DNA of 57,568 bases, filler included, from Platydemus manokwari (lineage: Eukaryota), in assembly GCA_037951405.1 (NCBI GenBank). It is 5 parts of 5 records of this genome, joined end to end, with 100 filler letters (N's around TTAATTAATTAA, not from the genome) between each part and the next. Parts side by side here need not be neighbours in the genome. Positions count along the whole stretch, not along the records: positions 37,029 to 46,485 come from JBBMOY011247652.1; positions 46,586 to 57,568 come from JBBMOY010998859.1; 3 more parts are not named here. The stretch is one strand, 5' to 3'. Position numbers and translations under genes: made by a program. Shown here piece by piece: positions 39,167-51,899 of the stretch (positions are counted from its first letter, which is position 1; the number at the start of each line of letters is the position of its first letter). The notes under the pieces were generated by a model. It was not told the origin of the DNA and ran no database searches. It worked only from the letters and a program-made list of their open reading frames with translations.

Positions 39167-42100
39167 AGTTATCGGATCGGATGCTGAAGAACTCAGTGAG
39201 TAATTGTATTGCGCAGATAAATGAAATCGATTTTAGAGTTGACGTAGATAATGGCCTGTATCAATAATACAATGTCGATAAACACAATCAATTCATTGCG
39301 ATGATATCAGCATGCTGATATTTCTTGGTATACTCATATGATACACGTGTTGTGATGGTGTGCTGACATAATTAAAATATGTGCTTTATTTTTGAATACT
39401 CATGAGAAAGCTATGCTAATGCCAAACCTTACCGACCTTAACGATTTAATTTCAAAAGAATTTAATATTTTCTTATTGTGTATAAATAAATTGAACTAAT
39501 TAAAGTTAAATATCTGATAATTTATTTTATGTAATTTGATATGTATATGAAGAATATATCTATATAATTATTTTAAATATTTTTTGTAGAACAGATTATT
39601 AGAGCTAAAAATGTGTGGTAAATTTGAAATACTATAGGAGATAATTGCCCTTTAATTGAATATGTATGTTAGAGATTAATCTTCCTGATATAATTCATAA
39701 TTTCCTCAATTAAAATAAACGTCTACAACCATTTTTAATTATATTTATGATATATTTTCCTAATAAAAACTCCGTTTTATAACTTTTTTGATAAAAATAA
39801 TAATGTTATATTTGTAAATGTGTAACATGAACTCTGTGACCAATAATATAGTATTTGCTTAAAGTCTGAGCTTCTATTGTGGTTCTTTTCTAAAATACAT
39901 TTAATGTTACCATTCAAAACCAGTTCATTGCGGTTATTAGATATGCAAAAATCTGAATGATTCTTTTGGAAATATTCCTTTACAAAATATCGAATCTGAT
40001 TTTATTCTGACCACTGGTCTTTTATAGTCGATAACTCATTTCATTATTTCCGCCATGGTTTTTAAAATTTTTTGTTTTTCTGCTTAAATTTGAATTACAA
40101 TTTTGAGTATTGTACATTGGCTTTATTTAGATTGTACAAACTGTTATCTTGCAATAACTTTGTATATCTAGAGTTAATAAATAATCTAACATAATAGATA
40201 TCAATGTATTTTGTGGTTATTGTACTCTTATTTATGAAATATGTTTCGAAATGATAAATGTTGAGCGAAGTGGTCTGCTTCAAATAAACTTGCCTTATTA
40301 GTTAAAAAAACAAGAGATGGTGGTAAAATATTAATAGTATGCGGAAACCAAACGATTTGAATTTCACACAAACTGAATTATAATTTTGTAAAGACTCTAC
40401 AATATAACAACCAACACTATAACTGAAATCACTAGAGAGCTTAATATCCTATCAAAGATATTTTTTGTACTTGCAGACGTGATATAAATAAAGAGACTTT
40501 ATATCTTATAGACTAATAAGTATTTGATTATTTGAAATTTCTTTGATAGATGAAATGGTCAGCAAAATTTAGGTCTCGGTAAATATCAAATGTCCAGATG
40601 CCAATATAAGGCTTTACATTTTGGTCGACTAGAGAGATGACATGCTTTCTCGTATGGTTTTCTATTGGTTTTGCATTACCCATTCATACCAACCACATAG
40701 GTGATTCACGTAATATTAACTTCATGTTGTTAATTCTGAATATTTCTGTTGATCTATGTGTAAAATTACCTGTGACAAATATTTATACTTTCACACTGTT
40801 GTTATTCACTTGAACTAGGCTCACTAATCTTATTCAATGCCACTGTAATCATCTGATTCGCAGGAATAATTTTTGTGCACATCTTTTGCTTCTCAGGGTT
40901 CATTTTCTATCGTCTTCTCCAAGTACACTATCGAGGACTTCAAGTCATTTGACTTTCTGACTTGATCGTAGAGGCAATTCTTCAATCAAGTTTCGCCTCT
41001 GGCTATTACATCATCTTCGTTGGAACTGAGTTAGCTATAGTCTTAATTCAAAACTGTATATGCTATTTATATTCTCTTTTCCTTTTTGCTGAACTTTCAT
41101 ACACTCAAATTATCTGACTGATTCACCGAAACTCAAACCATTGGCTGTTGTATATATCCTCTTCCAAATATCATGGTAACTTCTTGACACTATTCTTTGC
41201 CATTTGTTACATAAAAGCAGGTTTCTTGATTTATAAATCTCACCTTGAAGACTTACCAAATCAATTTTACATAATTGATTTTGGGATGTTTGTGATACAA
41301 TGTTCTACTTAATTTTAAACTACCAATTCTATCAAAAAGCTCTTAGATCCCAGATTAACATCGTTCTCTCTGATACCATTGGGAAGTGAAAGATTAATTC
41401 CGGGTAACAGTCTTGTTACCTGCGGAATAAATAAATTTATCTTTCAGAACTCCTTGATGAATCTTTATTGGCCATTCTTGATCTCTTTCTAATGGTAGTT
41501 GTGGACTACGATGGATGACAGAAGAATATACAATACAATCAATCACCCACACTTATCATATATTAACGAGGAAACATGAAGTGATTAGGATGACAGCCAT
41601 ACATTCATTGTACTGGATTGAATCACTAAGCTGCGAAAATCAAGAAAGCATTATAATGGGTCAATTCGCATATTTTACCAAATGAAACGAGCAAAAAATG
41701 GCGGGTTAAAATAGAGGGAGCATTAAATATGCCTCCGAGAAAATATATACCACGATTTCTTTCATTCTTATCAACAAAAACTTACAATAAATGGTTCCCA
41801 TTAAGAAAGGAGTACTACAGTGGAACCCAAGAAAATCAAAGACACATCAAATCTGCTGAGACAATGTTTTATACAATCGTATCAATTAAACTGGACTAAT
41901 CAAATAAAAAATGGACACTATAGCAGATACTCAGGATCTATTATTCCACTGTGGTCAAGAGTAGTTTTTAGTGGGGACCTAACTATTGGTGAATTCACAT
42001 TTATTCAAAAGAATATAGAAAATACGCAGACCACCAAAATGCGATAAAATAAATTGGTCCAACTGGACTGTGAAATTGTTAGCTTTTGTTATAAGGGTTC

Positions 42101-43289
42101 TCGGAACTTGGCAAACACAGACAAATGATACAACCCTAAAGAAATTAGAAATGAATAAGAAAATGATAAATAAAATAGCTCCTGCATGCATAAAGTCGAA
42201 TATAAATTTGTTACTAAAAATAAACATGGAAATAAAAATAGTAACAAATATACCAATAACATTAAATTATAACACATACGTCCAAACAAATTGCCTAAAT
42301 AAAATTATAAAATTTGATAGCATTATTAGTAAAGAGGGAGAAGTATTGACATTTCAATGCTATAAAACTTTAATCGCAATGTATTTCTTCTGAAGTATTT
42401 AATTTAACACTTTACTTAATAGAAAATGTATTCATAAAAAATTGTAATCACATATATAGGAATTAAAAAGAATGTTTAGTCAATTAAAAAAATTAAACAA
42501 ATATCCGAAAATACCTGTCGTCGAATAATATGTATATGAGCAGAAATTGTACAATTTTTACTAAAATTATTGATCCAAGTAAAAAATATCAGATAAGTGC
42601 AAATTCAAAACTTAAATAGGTAGGTCTGCACAATATTATATAAAACACAATTAACAAATAATACTGGAATCATTCAGTGAAAAAAATCAAATCCACTAAC
42701 GGATTTACAGAACAATATTAGCACCTAGGACACTTTTTAATATATCAAGATTTTTGTTTATATCGGTTTATTTAAGCAGAAGTTATCAAGTTGATATTTT
42801 TCTTGTAATCACAGTTAAATTGGCTTCGGTTATGAAATTACTAAACGGCTACAAATATTTTGATTTAAGGAATTCAAGTGTTGGTAGTCATAGTGTATAA
42901 ATCAATTTATTAATGTCAAAAATTTGGAGTTCTTAATGAAAGTCATAATATACTAAATTTACAGAATAAGCAAGTACAATCAAAGTTTGTTTACTATTTT
43001 TCTCAAAACCTTTAGATAACAAGTATTTGTGTATTCGTATTCGTCAAAAGATGATTATTAAAAACATTTATTTCTTTTTAGCTTTAATATTTAACTTTAA
43101 TGTAGGCTTTTTCATTCACATAGAGCTGATTATAACTTATAATTAAGTGCTTGTAAATAAGTAAATATTTAATAAATCTCAACTCTTTGGATTTTGATTT
43201 TAAACATACACGATTCGGTTAAATTTAAAACACTTTGTTTTAATATACATTAAATTAAATATTCAAATAATTTAAAAACGTTTTGTAAA

Positions 43290-44539
43290 ATGTCTGGAGT
43301 TGAAGCAAAATTAATTAAGCAAATTGAGGTTTATTTTTCAAAAGTTTATCTGTTATTAATTAAACAATTTTAGTATTATTTTGGTGATATAAACTTAGCT
43401 AAGGATAAGCATTTAAAACAATTGATTGAAAACTCCGTTGATGGATGTAAGTGATTTAAAGCATCGTGTTCATTATATTTTTTAAATTGTCAGGGGTGTC
43501 ATTTGAAGAAATGCTTAAGTTTCCAAGACTAAAGAGTATTACTGAAGATAAAGAATTAATTAAGAGTACTATTCAAAATTCCTCATCTTCTATTGTCGAA
43601 GCCAATGATGATGGTATTAGACGCCTTTCTTCTGTTCTTCCAGAAAGTCTTCAAGAGCTAGCTGATAAGCATTTAGACAAAAGTGTTTACGTCAAGGGAT
43701 TCTCAAACAAGGAATTACTTGATAATATTATTGAATATCTTGAAACTCACGGTGGACCCATAATGAATGTACATATGAGACGAGTACCAAAAGACAAATC
43801 ATTTAAAGGCAGTGTATTTGCTATATTCAAGGCTATTGAAGACGCAGAAAAATTTCTTTCCAATACAGATGCCGAAAAATTTAATGGTAACGATATGATA
43901 AGAATGTTGCAGTAAGAATTTGGATGAAATTTTGATTAATCTTATTGAGTGTTTAGAAAAGATTATTTAAATATTAAGAAAACCGAACACGAAGAAAGAC
44001 ACAAGGAAAAGGAAATCAGACAAAAGGAATCTATGGCAGCTAAAGAAGCTCTTCTTCAATCAAGAATGACAAAGGGTGCCCTCATTGAACTTTCATTTGT
44101 TGAAAAAGCAGAATCAGAATCTGCAAATGGAGACTTTTCAGACCCAAGAAACGAAAGAGTAGCCACAAAGAATTTAAAAACATGGTTAACTGAACTTTTA
44201 ATTGACATTGCACAAGTATCTTGGGTTGAATTCTTTCCAATTTCCGGAAAAATTGTAGTCCGATTGAATAAGGAAAATAGCGCACAATTAGCTTTGGAAA
44301 AACTTTATCAATCTGAACATGGTGTTGAAAATAAACAAGGATTTAATTACCAAACTTATGAATTTTCTGGTATTATTCTCACAGATGAAAAAGAAAAGGA
44401 TTATTGGAGAAATATTTTAAGTGAACAAGGTCAAAAGAGAGCTAGGGTATGTTTTTTATAAATAAGATTCATCTATTATTTATTTTTTTAGAAAAATGGA
44501 AAAAATTCAGGTCCAGCAAGAAAGAAAATGCGCAGATAA
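43290..44539 (+). CDS. SSB: La protein (La motif, RRM1, RRM2, C-terminal NLS), 5 exons, 355 aa
   Basis: Exons 43290-43328, 43374-43446, 43494-43911, 43957-44446, 44492-44539; introns 45-47 nt, GT-AG. Motifs KQIEYYFGDINL, GWVSFEEMLKF, SVYVKGF, FKGSVFAIF, EKDYWRNI, PARKKMRR*. AATAAA at 44556-44561. Confidence 0.95.
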
Positions 44540-44781
44540 AAAATTGTTTATCATTAATAAATTATTATTAAATTTTACTTTATTTTCTGTTTTTTATGAC
44601 GTTTTAATAATCTGTTAATTTGATTTATCAGGAGATGAATACATGCATAGTTCTAGCAAATACATACGTGTTAAACTACAGAGTTGGCCAATGAAATTCT
44701 TTGAATTTGCAGAATTGTTTTACATTTGCTTGAGCATCAGTAATTTCCTCACGATATTTTCATATTTTTAGTATTTTTCTT

Positions 44782-45129
44782 ATGGATTGCTTTTTGAAAA
44801 ACATTAGAATTAAAGTTAATAATGCAGTAGATGTAATAATGAATAGTCCAGCTTTGCGTAAAAGTAAGAAATGTTAATTATTTTTCAACAATTAACTCTA
44901 TTATGACTTCAATTTTTATTGATATTTTAATGATATTAAAATTTTATTAAATTTGTATTGATAAATTAATTAAAAACAAGCCGAATGTTTTATTTAACTA
45001 AATTTCATAGAACGATCTGAGTCGTCTGAAAATTCGGTGGAAAATGAAAAGTACATTTCACTGGATACAACAGAAATTGCAATTATGGATAATGCTAAAA
45101 CTCTTAATGATATAGACGAAGCTTTTAAG
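44782..45129 (+). CDS. First two coding exons of an unidentified gene directly downstream of La (partial)
   Basis: 44782-44863 MDCFLKNIRIKVNNAVDVIMNSPALRK + A|gtaaga; acceptor tttcatag; 45011-45129 KRSESSENSVENEKYISLDTTEIAIMDNAKTLNDIDEAFK|gtattc. Phases match. Continuation not located before the 46486 linker. Confidence 0.55.
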
Positions 45130-46485
45130 GTATTCGAAATATTTTTTCTCTATGAAGACTGTTTAAGTTTTTGATGAATTAGAATTTAAAAATTTAAGTT
45201 ACACTTTAGCGTTGGAATTCGTTTTATTGAAGTGATTTTTGGTATTTTTTAAATTGTTTCGATTTGTATTTTTTTTTACCATACTATGATTTCAGAAATA
45301 TTTAAAAAATAATCTAATATTAAAAATAAGTAAGACTTATTAATTTGATAATTTTTTATTGACTCTGCTTAAACTGAGTTAGATTTTAAATACTTAAAAA
45401 CCTTAGTACTCAAACACCAAACAAGAATAATTGCAACATAAACAAAGTGATTGTATTTTCCGTTGGTAAGTAACAGCAGTTATGTGTCAAATCTGATTCA
45501 AAACACTCAATAATCCACAGGCAAAGTTGGAAATGTTTAATTAATAGAACCAACGAACAGGTTGTAGCAATAATTTAATTAGCTAAGCATCATCTCCACT
45601 ACAGATTTGATAAAGCCATCATTTGCGTTTTTGATTTTGATCCAATTAACTGAAGACATAACAATCCCGAAAATACATTACGCTATTTTTAGAAATTCTC
45701 TTAAGTATATATCTTAAAAAAATATTATTAGAGAATTTGAAATAAACAATTGATTTTATTTTTAAATTTGTTGTCTTATCAATTTTAAAAGTTCTTGATT
45801 TATGAAAAATGATTTCGATTTGAACAGGAAATCTCATGTAGATGAAATCATAATTAAATAAAATAATTTGAATTATTTTATGTGAACAATCCAAGTTCAA
45901 TAATATATTGAACTGTCAAATTACTCGATCAACCTTATAGACTATTAATTAGTTCTGAGTTTGCATATTCATTTTCTCTTAATGTTCTCCTAATAGCAAA
46001 TATATGCATAAGGTTTATTTTTCTTATAAGTGAACAATGAAAAGAGAAATAATTTTACATCATCATCATAGCATATTTGTGTTTCTCCGTGAAAAGCTAG
46101 TAAAGCAGATGTTTATATTTTTACTAATTTCATGAAGAGTTTCTGTCAACTGGAAGACTAAATTCAAATAAGCTTTTTATTAATACCAGAAATATTGTGT
46201 TTTTTAATTATAAAATATATTATAAATGAATAAAAATTGTTACTGAGGAGATTTTCGATGAAAAATCAATGAATAATATGTTTAATTTTGTCCTACCATT
46301 TGGCAAGAATCACTGTTGATTGAATATGTTGAATTAAGAAAGCAAAAATGCAAATTATGGGACTATTAATTTCTCTCAATTTAAAAATCAGTATCACTTA
46401 AGGATGTAACAGATTAAAATTTATTCATTGTTTCGATATATTTATAATTTTTTGACTTCTCAAATATATATTTTGACCAATAAAA

Positions 46486-46585
46486 NNNNNNNNNNNNNNN
46501 NNNNNNNNNNNNNNNNNNNNNNNNNNNNNTTAATTAATTAANNNNNNNNNNNNNNNNNNNNNNNNNNNNNNNNNNNNNNNNNNNN
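46486..46585. other. Artificial assembly linker
   Basis: N44-TTAATTAATTAA-N44. Confidence 0.97.
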
Positions 46586-46599
46586 GAAATCAGAATTTT

Positions 46600-47020
46600 A
46601 AAACGTGAGTAAAAAAGAAAAATTAAATTAATAATGTAGACGAAAAATAAATTAAAATAATTCATGCAGGCGTATTTGTAAAATAATTTTAAACGAAAAT
46701 AAGAAAAAAGAAAATAATAAACAAAAATGATTATTTAGAATCCGTAATAGAAAATACTACATAAGGAACGGAAAAATCATAAAATTTGCTCACACAAAAA
46801 GACTATTACTGGAAATGTTAGCTCAATAGACAAATCATTTTTACTCTTAATACTGGAAACGTAAGCTCAGGAGATAAATCGCTCTTTTGAAAAAGTAACA
46901 GGACACAAATAAGAAAAATGAATACAACTACGAGTTATCATCCAAATAAGGAAATAAAATATTTAAAGGGCCAGCTCATATCATGAACTCTCCCTCTATA
47001 AATTTATATATCGACGAAAA
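46600..47020 (+). mobile_element. Possible LINE reverse-transcriptase remnant
   Basis: A-rich plus strand ending in a segment resembling G..QG..LSP.LFNLYID (46960-47016). A similar KGVLQ trace occurs at ~41806-41820. Confidence 0.25.
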
Positions 47021-47596
47021 GGAGATTCGGTATCTTAGCCATCCCTTGTTGAACACGGCTATTTATGAATGAGTAATTTTGAAATATTGTTTGATTGAGT
47101 AATTAAGTTTGGTTGAGAAGTGAAGCTCAAAAGGGATTTATTATCATCTTATTGTAAAGCAATTTGATATATTTGTATATAGTGATAAAATGAATAAATT
47201 TTACTGTTACATTCTTTGTGTTAATTTATTTTTTATCATAACCTTTAAGAGCACGCACCTACTGGATTGACATTGCGCTTCAACTGGTGGCATCGAACTC
47301 ACATACATATTAAAAACTAATAACCTCAATACTTTTAGGATTATTTCCTTGGTTCCTGTAACCCTTTTGGTTGATTTAGCAATTTATCCATAACATATTA
47401 AGAAATATAAGTGAACTTTAGGAAATATTAGTGAAACTATTAACCTAAAAAAGAAGACAATCTAAATCTAAATGTGTAATTTAATTGAAAAAAGCATTTG
47501 CTAAGTATAAACATTAGTTGGGAACTATAAATATTGTTAAAATAATCATTAATGAATACTTGATGCATTTGTGAAGAATGCTACCATAACAAACAG

Positions 47597-47610
47597 GTTA
47601 CCATAACAAC
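47597..47610. promoter_or_regulatory. RFX X-box-like motif GTTACCATAACAAC
   Basis: 14-bp near-consensus X-box, preceded by a partial copy (CTACCATAACAAAC at 47581-47594). Confidence 0.35.
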
Positions 47611-48965
47611 AGAACAAAAATACATTGATAAATAGTAATAGTCAAACTCAATTCGAATAGTGAAAGATGAAAAAGATGTATAAAGAGATATTCCACCGTA
47701 AAAAATTTCAAAAAATTCTGGACAGAAAATTTATTTAAAGCAAATTTCAGAAAACTCAACCATGTGCTATTTTTCTTTTGATTTAGTTAATTTGATAATT
47801 AATTATGATAATATTTGAGAATGAATTATTATCTTATTATTAATCAGTCAAAGTTCTCAACAAATATTTACTAACTCTTTCAAGCTTATTCTTCCTCACA
47901 CCTTCTTTTTTCCTTTGCAGTTGAGTGACATTAGTTTCACAAACTGGTTGACTTAAATCTTCAAGCCATAACAGCGTCACACAGCAATAGATTTCTTTCT
48001 ACTTTTAGTTACTCGACAATGCAAAATCAAAATCTATCTTTAGCAGCTTTTTGCTTCAGCACTCGAAAATTAAAAAGTGACAAAAGGTAACAACCATAAA
48101 GGGTATTTGTTAAAAATGCACATAAAAGTGATACAAGATAAAAGTTGCTGACTAAAAAGACTGTCAAATCCTTGTGAGATTCAACTCCTTTTCTAGGCTT
48201 ATAATGATTGTTATTTTATGCCTCAAGGCTTCATTTTTTATTCGCATGTCGGTTTGTTAGAAAATTTTCTTGTATCTCCTGTGTCATTGGGTGTATCTCA
48301 ATGTTAGTTGCCTTTATTGGTGTGTTTTAATTGATTATCAAGTTCTATATAAGGATCAATATAAGAAGTATAAGATTGGTTGTTGGCACATACGCTTGTT
48401 GAATATGTTTGTGTTGACTTTTTGAGGATTTTTTCCATGGTTTCCGTGAATAATTTGCTTGTTTTTATTACCTCCCAAAAATACGATGAATTGTCATTTT
48501 TTGAATCATGTGTTAAAAGGGGATTTTCAGAATTAATTGTTGAAATTTAAATAATAAAGTACCTGGTGATGGATTTCAACTTTATAAAGACTAGATCAAA
48601 TTGAATAAAAAATTAAAATTATGAAAAATGGAATAACAGTACTCAAATATATTTTTTAAGCAGTTTAAAATATTTCAATAAAGAAATGAATTAAAATTAA
48701 ATAAATAAATTGGCCTTATAAAGATTAAAAATTTTCATATTTTCTAATACACAAAATTAATAAATTCAACTCTTCAAACAGCTTTAAACATCAATCACAT
48801 AAAAAGATATTGCAGTTAATTAAATAAGTAGAAAACAATAATGATAATAAATAGGTTTAATAATGCTATATAGATAAAATAAGTTGCAAAACATTCTATG
48901 TATTTTTGTATCAGAACACATTGAACTATTAAAGACAACTGATAGAAAACTTAGCTATTAAAATT

Positions 48966-49013
48966 GGCCAATCAGAAATCGATTTTTATTGTTGCCATGA
49001 TCGTCATGACAAC
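48966..49013 (+). promoter_or_regulatory. CCAAT box plus RFX X-box-like palindrome
   Basis: GGCCAATCAGA at 48966-48976. GTTGCCATGA-TCG-TCATGACAAC at 48991-49013 (inverted repeat, 1 mismatch; each arm resembles GTTGCCATGGCAAC), about 80 bp before ATG 49093. Confidence 0.55.
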
Positions 49014-49092
49014 ATCACAGAATTGCTTTCAGTTGAAATGAAATATATTTTATAAGACTGTGGATATAACTTGTTTGTGATATTTTTAAACG

Positions 49093-51556
49093 ATGAATCG
49101 TCAGATGATCAAATCATTGAGGAGATGTGATTCGAGATCGTTGAACAATTTGAAAACTGACGTAAGTGATGATTGAATAAGTATTAAAATATTATTAGCT
49201 TTTATTAATTTTATGATTTGCATATTTTATCTATTATAACTCTGAGAAAATGTTTGTTTATTTCTTAGCCACAACTAAAAACGATGCTGAGGAATGAATT
49301 GAGAGAAATGATTAATGGGAGTGTTCATCAATATTTGCAAAATCATAAAATTCCTGTAGCTTCGATTGATATTAAAATGGGCAAAGAATGTAAGCATTGT
49401 TTACCAGATTCGTCTCACGAAGAATCACCAAGAAATATACGATTTAATATTTCAACATCATCAGTAGATCGGGAAAGTGAGGCTAAATTTGTACATAATT
49501 TTCTATTTCTATTATTTAAAAATATATTAATATTTTAGAATACCCTAAAGTTTAACTAAATAAATAATTAATATTTCCAAATTTAAATATATTATTTTTT
49601 TTACGTAACATTTTGCATTTCAAAATTAATAGAATTAGAATTTTTGTTTAAATCGTCTGATCATATTTTCGCGGAAAATTGCTAATTATTAGAAATTTTG
49701 AAATCACTTTCAAATTTGGACTTCCACTGACACATGCATGATTAAATTTGTGAGAACGTTTAGTCGAAGTGCTGTCAAATATTTAATAACAACCTAATTA
49801 ACCAATAATTGATTGATATCACAGCACAATCTAATGAGTCAAAATGCATGGATAAAGAACCAGTGAAAAATGCCAATGATGAAAATGTCCACTGGATGAC
49901 ATGGAGGGATTCAACACCATTTTTTACGAAGAAAAAAGATTTGCAAAATTACCGCTTGCAAACAGCAAAGAATCCAACAGTTCGCGACCACAGTTGTGCA
50001 AGCCCTTTCGTGAGGCCGAGCACAAGTTTTTGTGAGAATTACAAAACATATTCCGACAATGGTAATGAATATTAAATTTATAATGATATTATTGTATTCA
50101 TTGGTTATTGGACAATTCACAGATCATCAATCATTGCAATATCGGCCAATTAGTAGTGAGTCCCCAAAAAGAGAGAAGTGCATGAGTGTCAACCGTCGCC
50201 CAGTTTCTTCTCAACAGCGGATGTCAGTAGCTGTGGGGCCTGATAAACAGGTTATTGATTATTTGATAAATCATCAAGAATGTTATTCAAAAGTAATTCC
50301 TATCTTTGTTTTTCACAATAATCACATAAAATACACAACTTCTACCTTAAAAACCACTAAACCTATTATCATTTATATTTTTATAAAAATTAACTAGAAA
50401 GAACATACAATATAGAGTATTATTTAAAATTCAAGCTTCTCAAGCCACTCGGGCGGGAATTACATCAATTCGAAATTCAAGTTCTTTAGAATTTATTTGT
50501 TTTCGTATGGTAGATTTGTTCTTTCAATCAACTTATTAAAAGAAAAGTAACCCATTGTTAAGATGTGGCTTGTGGTCAAACACTAATGTGTCACACAACA
50601 GTTCATGTTCTAGGAAAGAATTCATTCAATCATTCACGAACATTCAAATGTAGTGGAACGTAAAATTCAAGTTTCCAATATTTTCACAAATATGTATGCA
50701 TATATATCTAACACTTTATCGACAGAGATTATTTGCATGTTTATAAAATGTTAGACATAAAATGAAATTAAAGTAATTTTCAGTAAATTTATCGTCAGTT
50801 TTATGTAATTATAAATCAATATCGATTTGAAATCAATAAATATCATAAAAATGTCATTTTTACGGGTTGATAGTTTTAGTGTTAAAAATTTTTAGTAAAC
50901 ATATTCAATGAAATGAATACTTATTATGATTGGTAAATGGAAGTGGTACATCTTCATGAATTTCATCTATCAATCTCAACCAAAATTTGGTCACATTTAC
51001 ATAACAATGACTTGATATATTCAACACTATTCAATCATCACAACTGCATTGTATTATTTAAGAGTTTACAATTGGATATTTGTTAGAATCATTTTATTCA
51101 ATTAAGAATAAAAAATATCAATTCAGTATCAAACAACTGCAACCAACACACAGAAAACTTATCAAATAAGTGACTATTTGAAGAAATCGTTGAATCTGAA
51201 TGATCCTTATGGTGAGGAATAGTGTTACTCAATTATAATTTCTTATTTATAGAATTTCTTCAGAAAGACAAGTGTTTTCATCACTGATGGAAGTACTGAG
51301 AAGAAGGAATCGTTTAAATACGAGTATGGATACAGAATCTGTGTCTGCTGATCATATAGTACAGTTGAGTGAATATAAGTCTAAATTCAGGAATCCACTA
51401 CAGAAATCAATGAATTTCCCCACCTCAAAAAGTGAGAACAAGTTTACAGACAGTCGACCACCACTGTGTCCTCATAAAACTCGCCCTCTAGGACAATTAA
51501 GACCACAATCTACTTTTAATCATAGATTCGAACACGGAGAGCAGTTCTTATACTGA
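49093..51556 (+). CDS. Uncharacterised basic, Ser/Arg-rich protein, 6 exons, 353 aa (candidate ciliary/flagellar protein)
   Basis: Exons 49093-49161, 49269-49476, 49825-50061, 50123-50292, 51127-51211, 51264-51556; all GT-AG and phase-consistent (1062 nt). Explains four separate ORFs in the track. AATAAA near 51645. Confidence 0.75.
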
Positions 51557-51899
51557 TCTTATAGATTCTTATAAACAATTCACACAAAATTAATATAATT
51601 ATGATCTTTTATACGTAGAAAGAAATTTTATTTTTCTATATTTCAATAAATGTTGAAGTACTCGAAGGATATCGATTTATGTCAATATCTACCAATAATT
51701 AGCGAATGAATTCAACAAGTAAATGAAGAAATTAAAATTATATTTTGCTATTAATATTTTATAATTATAACATTGATTTTTAACAACCTCTAAACACTAA
51801 AAGCATTCTAAATAACGCATGTCTTACTCATTTAAAAATCACAATGTTCTTTAAAAATAATTTTTGTTTTAGAATGTTAGTATTAATTCCGCTATATGA

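Noticed and set aside
39250-39270. Acceptor-like gatacag ~90 nt upstream of the agrin-like ATG as a trans-splice site
   Set aside because: Cannot be distinguished from an ordinary 5'-UTR intron or a chance AG.
40400-41500. Purine-skewed minus-strand region (also 28200-29200) as gag/protease remnants
   Set aside because: Probably TE-derived, but no diagnostic motif could be read.
47280-47305. B-box-like GAGTTCGATGCC on the minus strand (tRNA/SINE)
   Set aside because: No A box or cloverleaf could be built.
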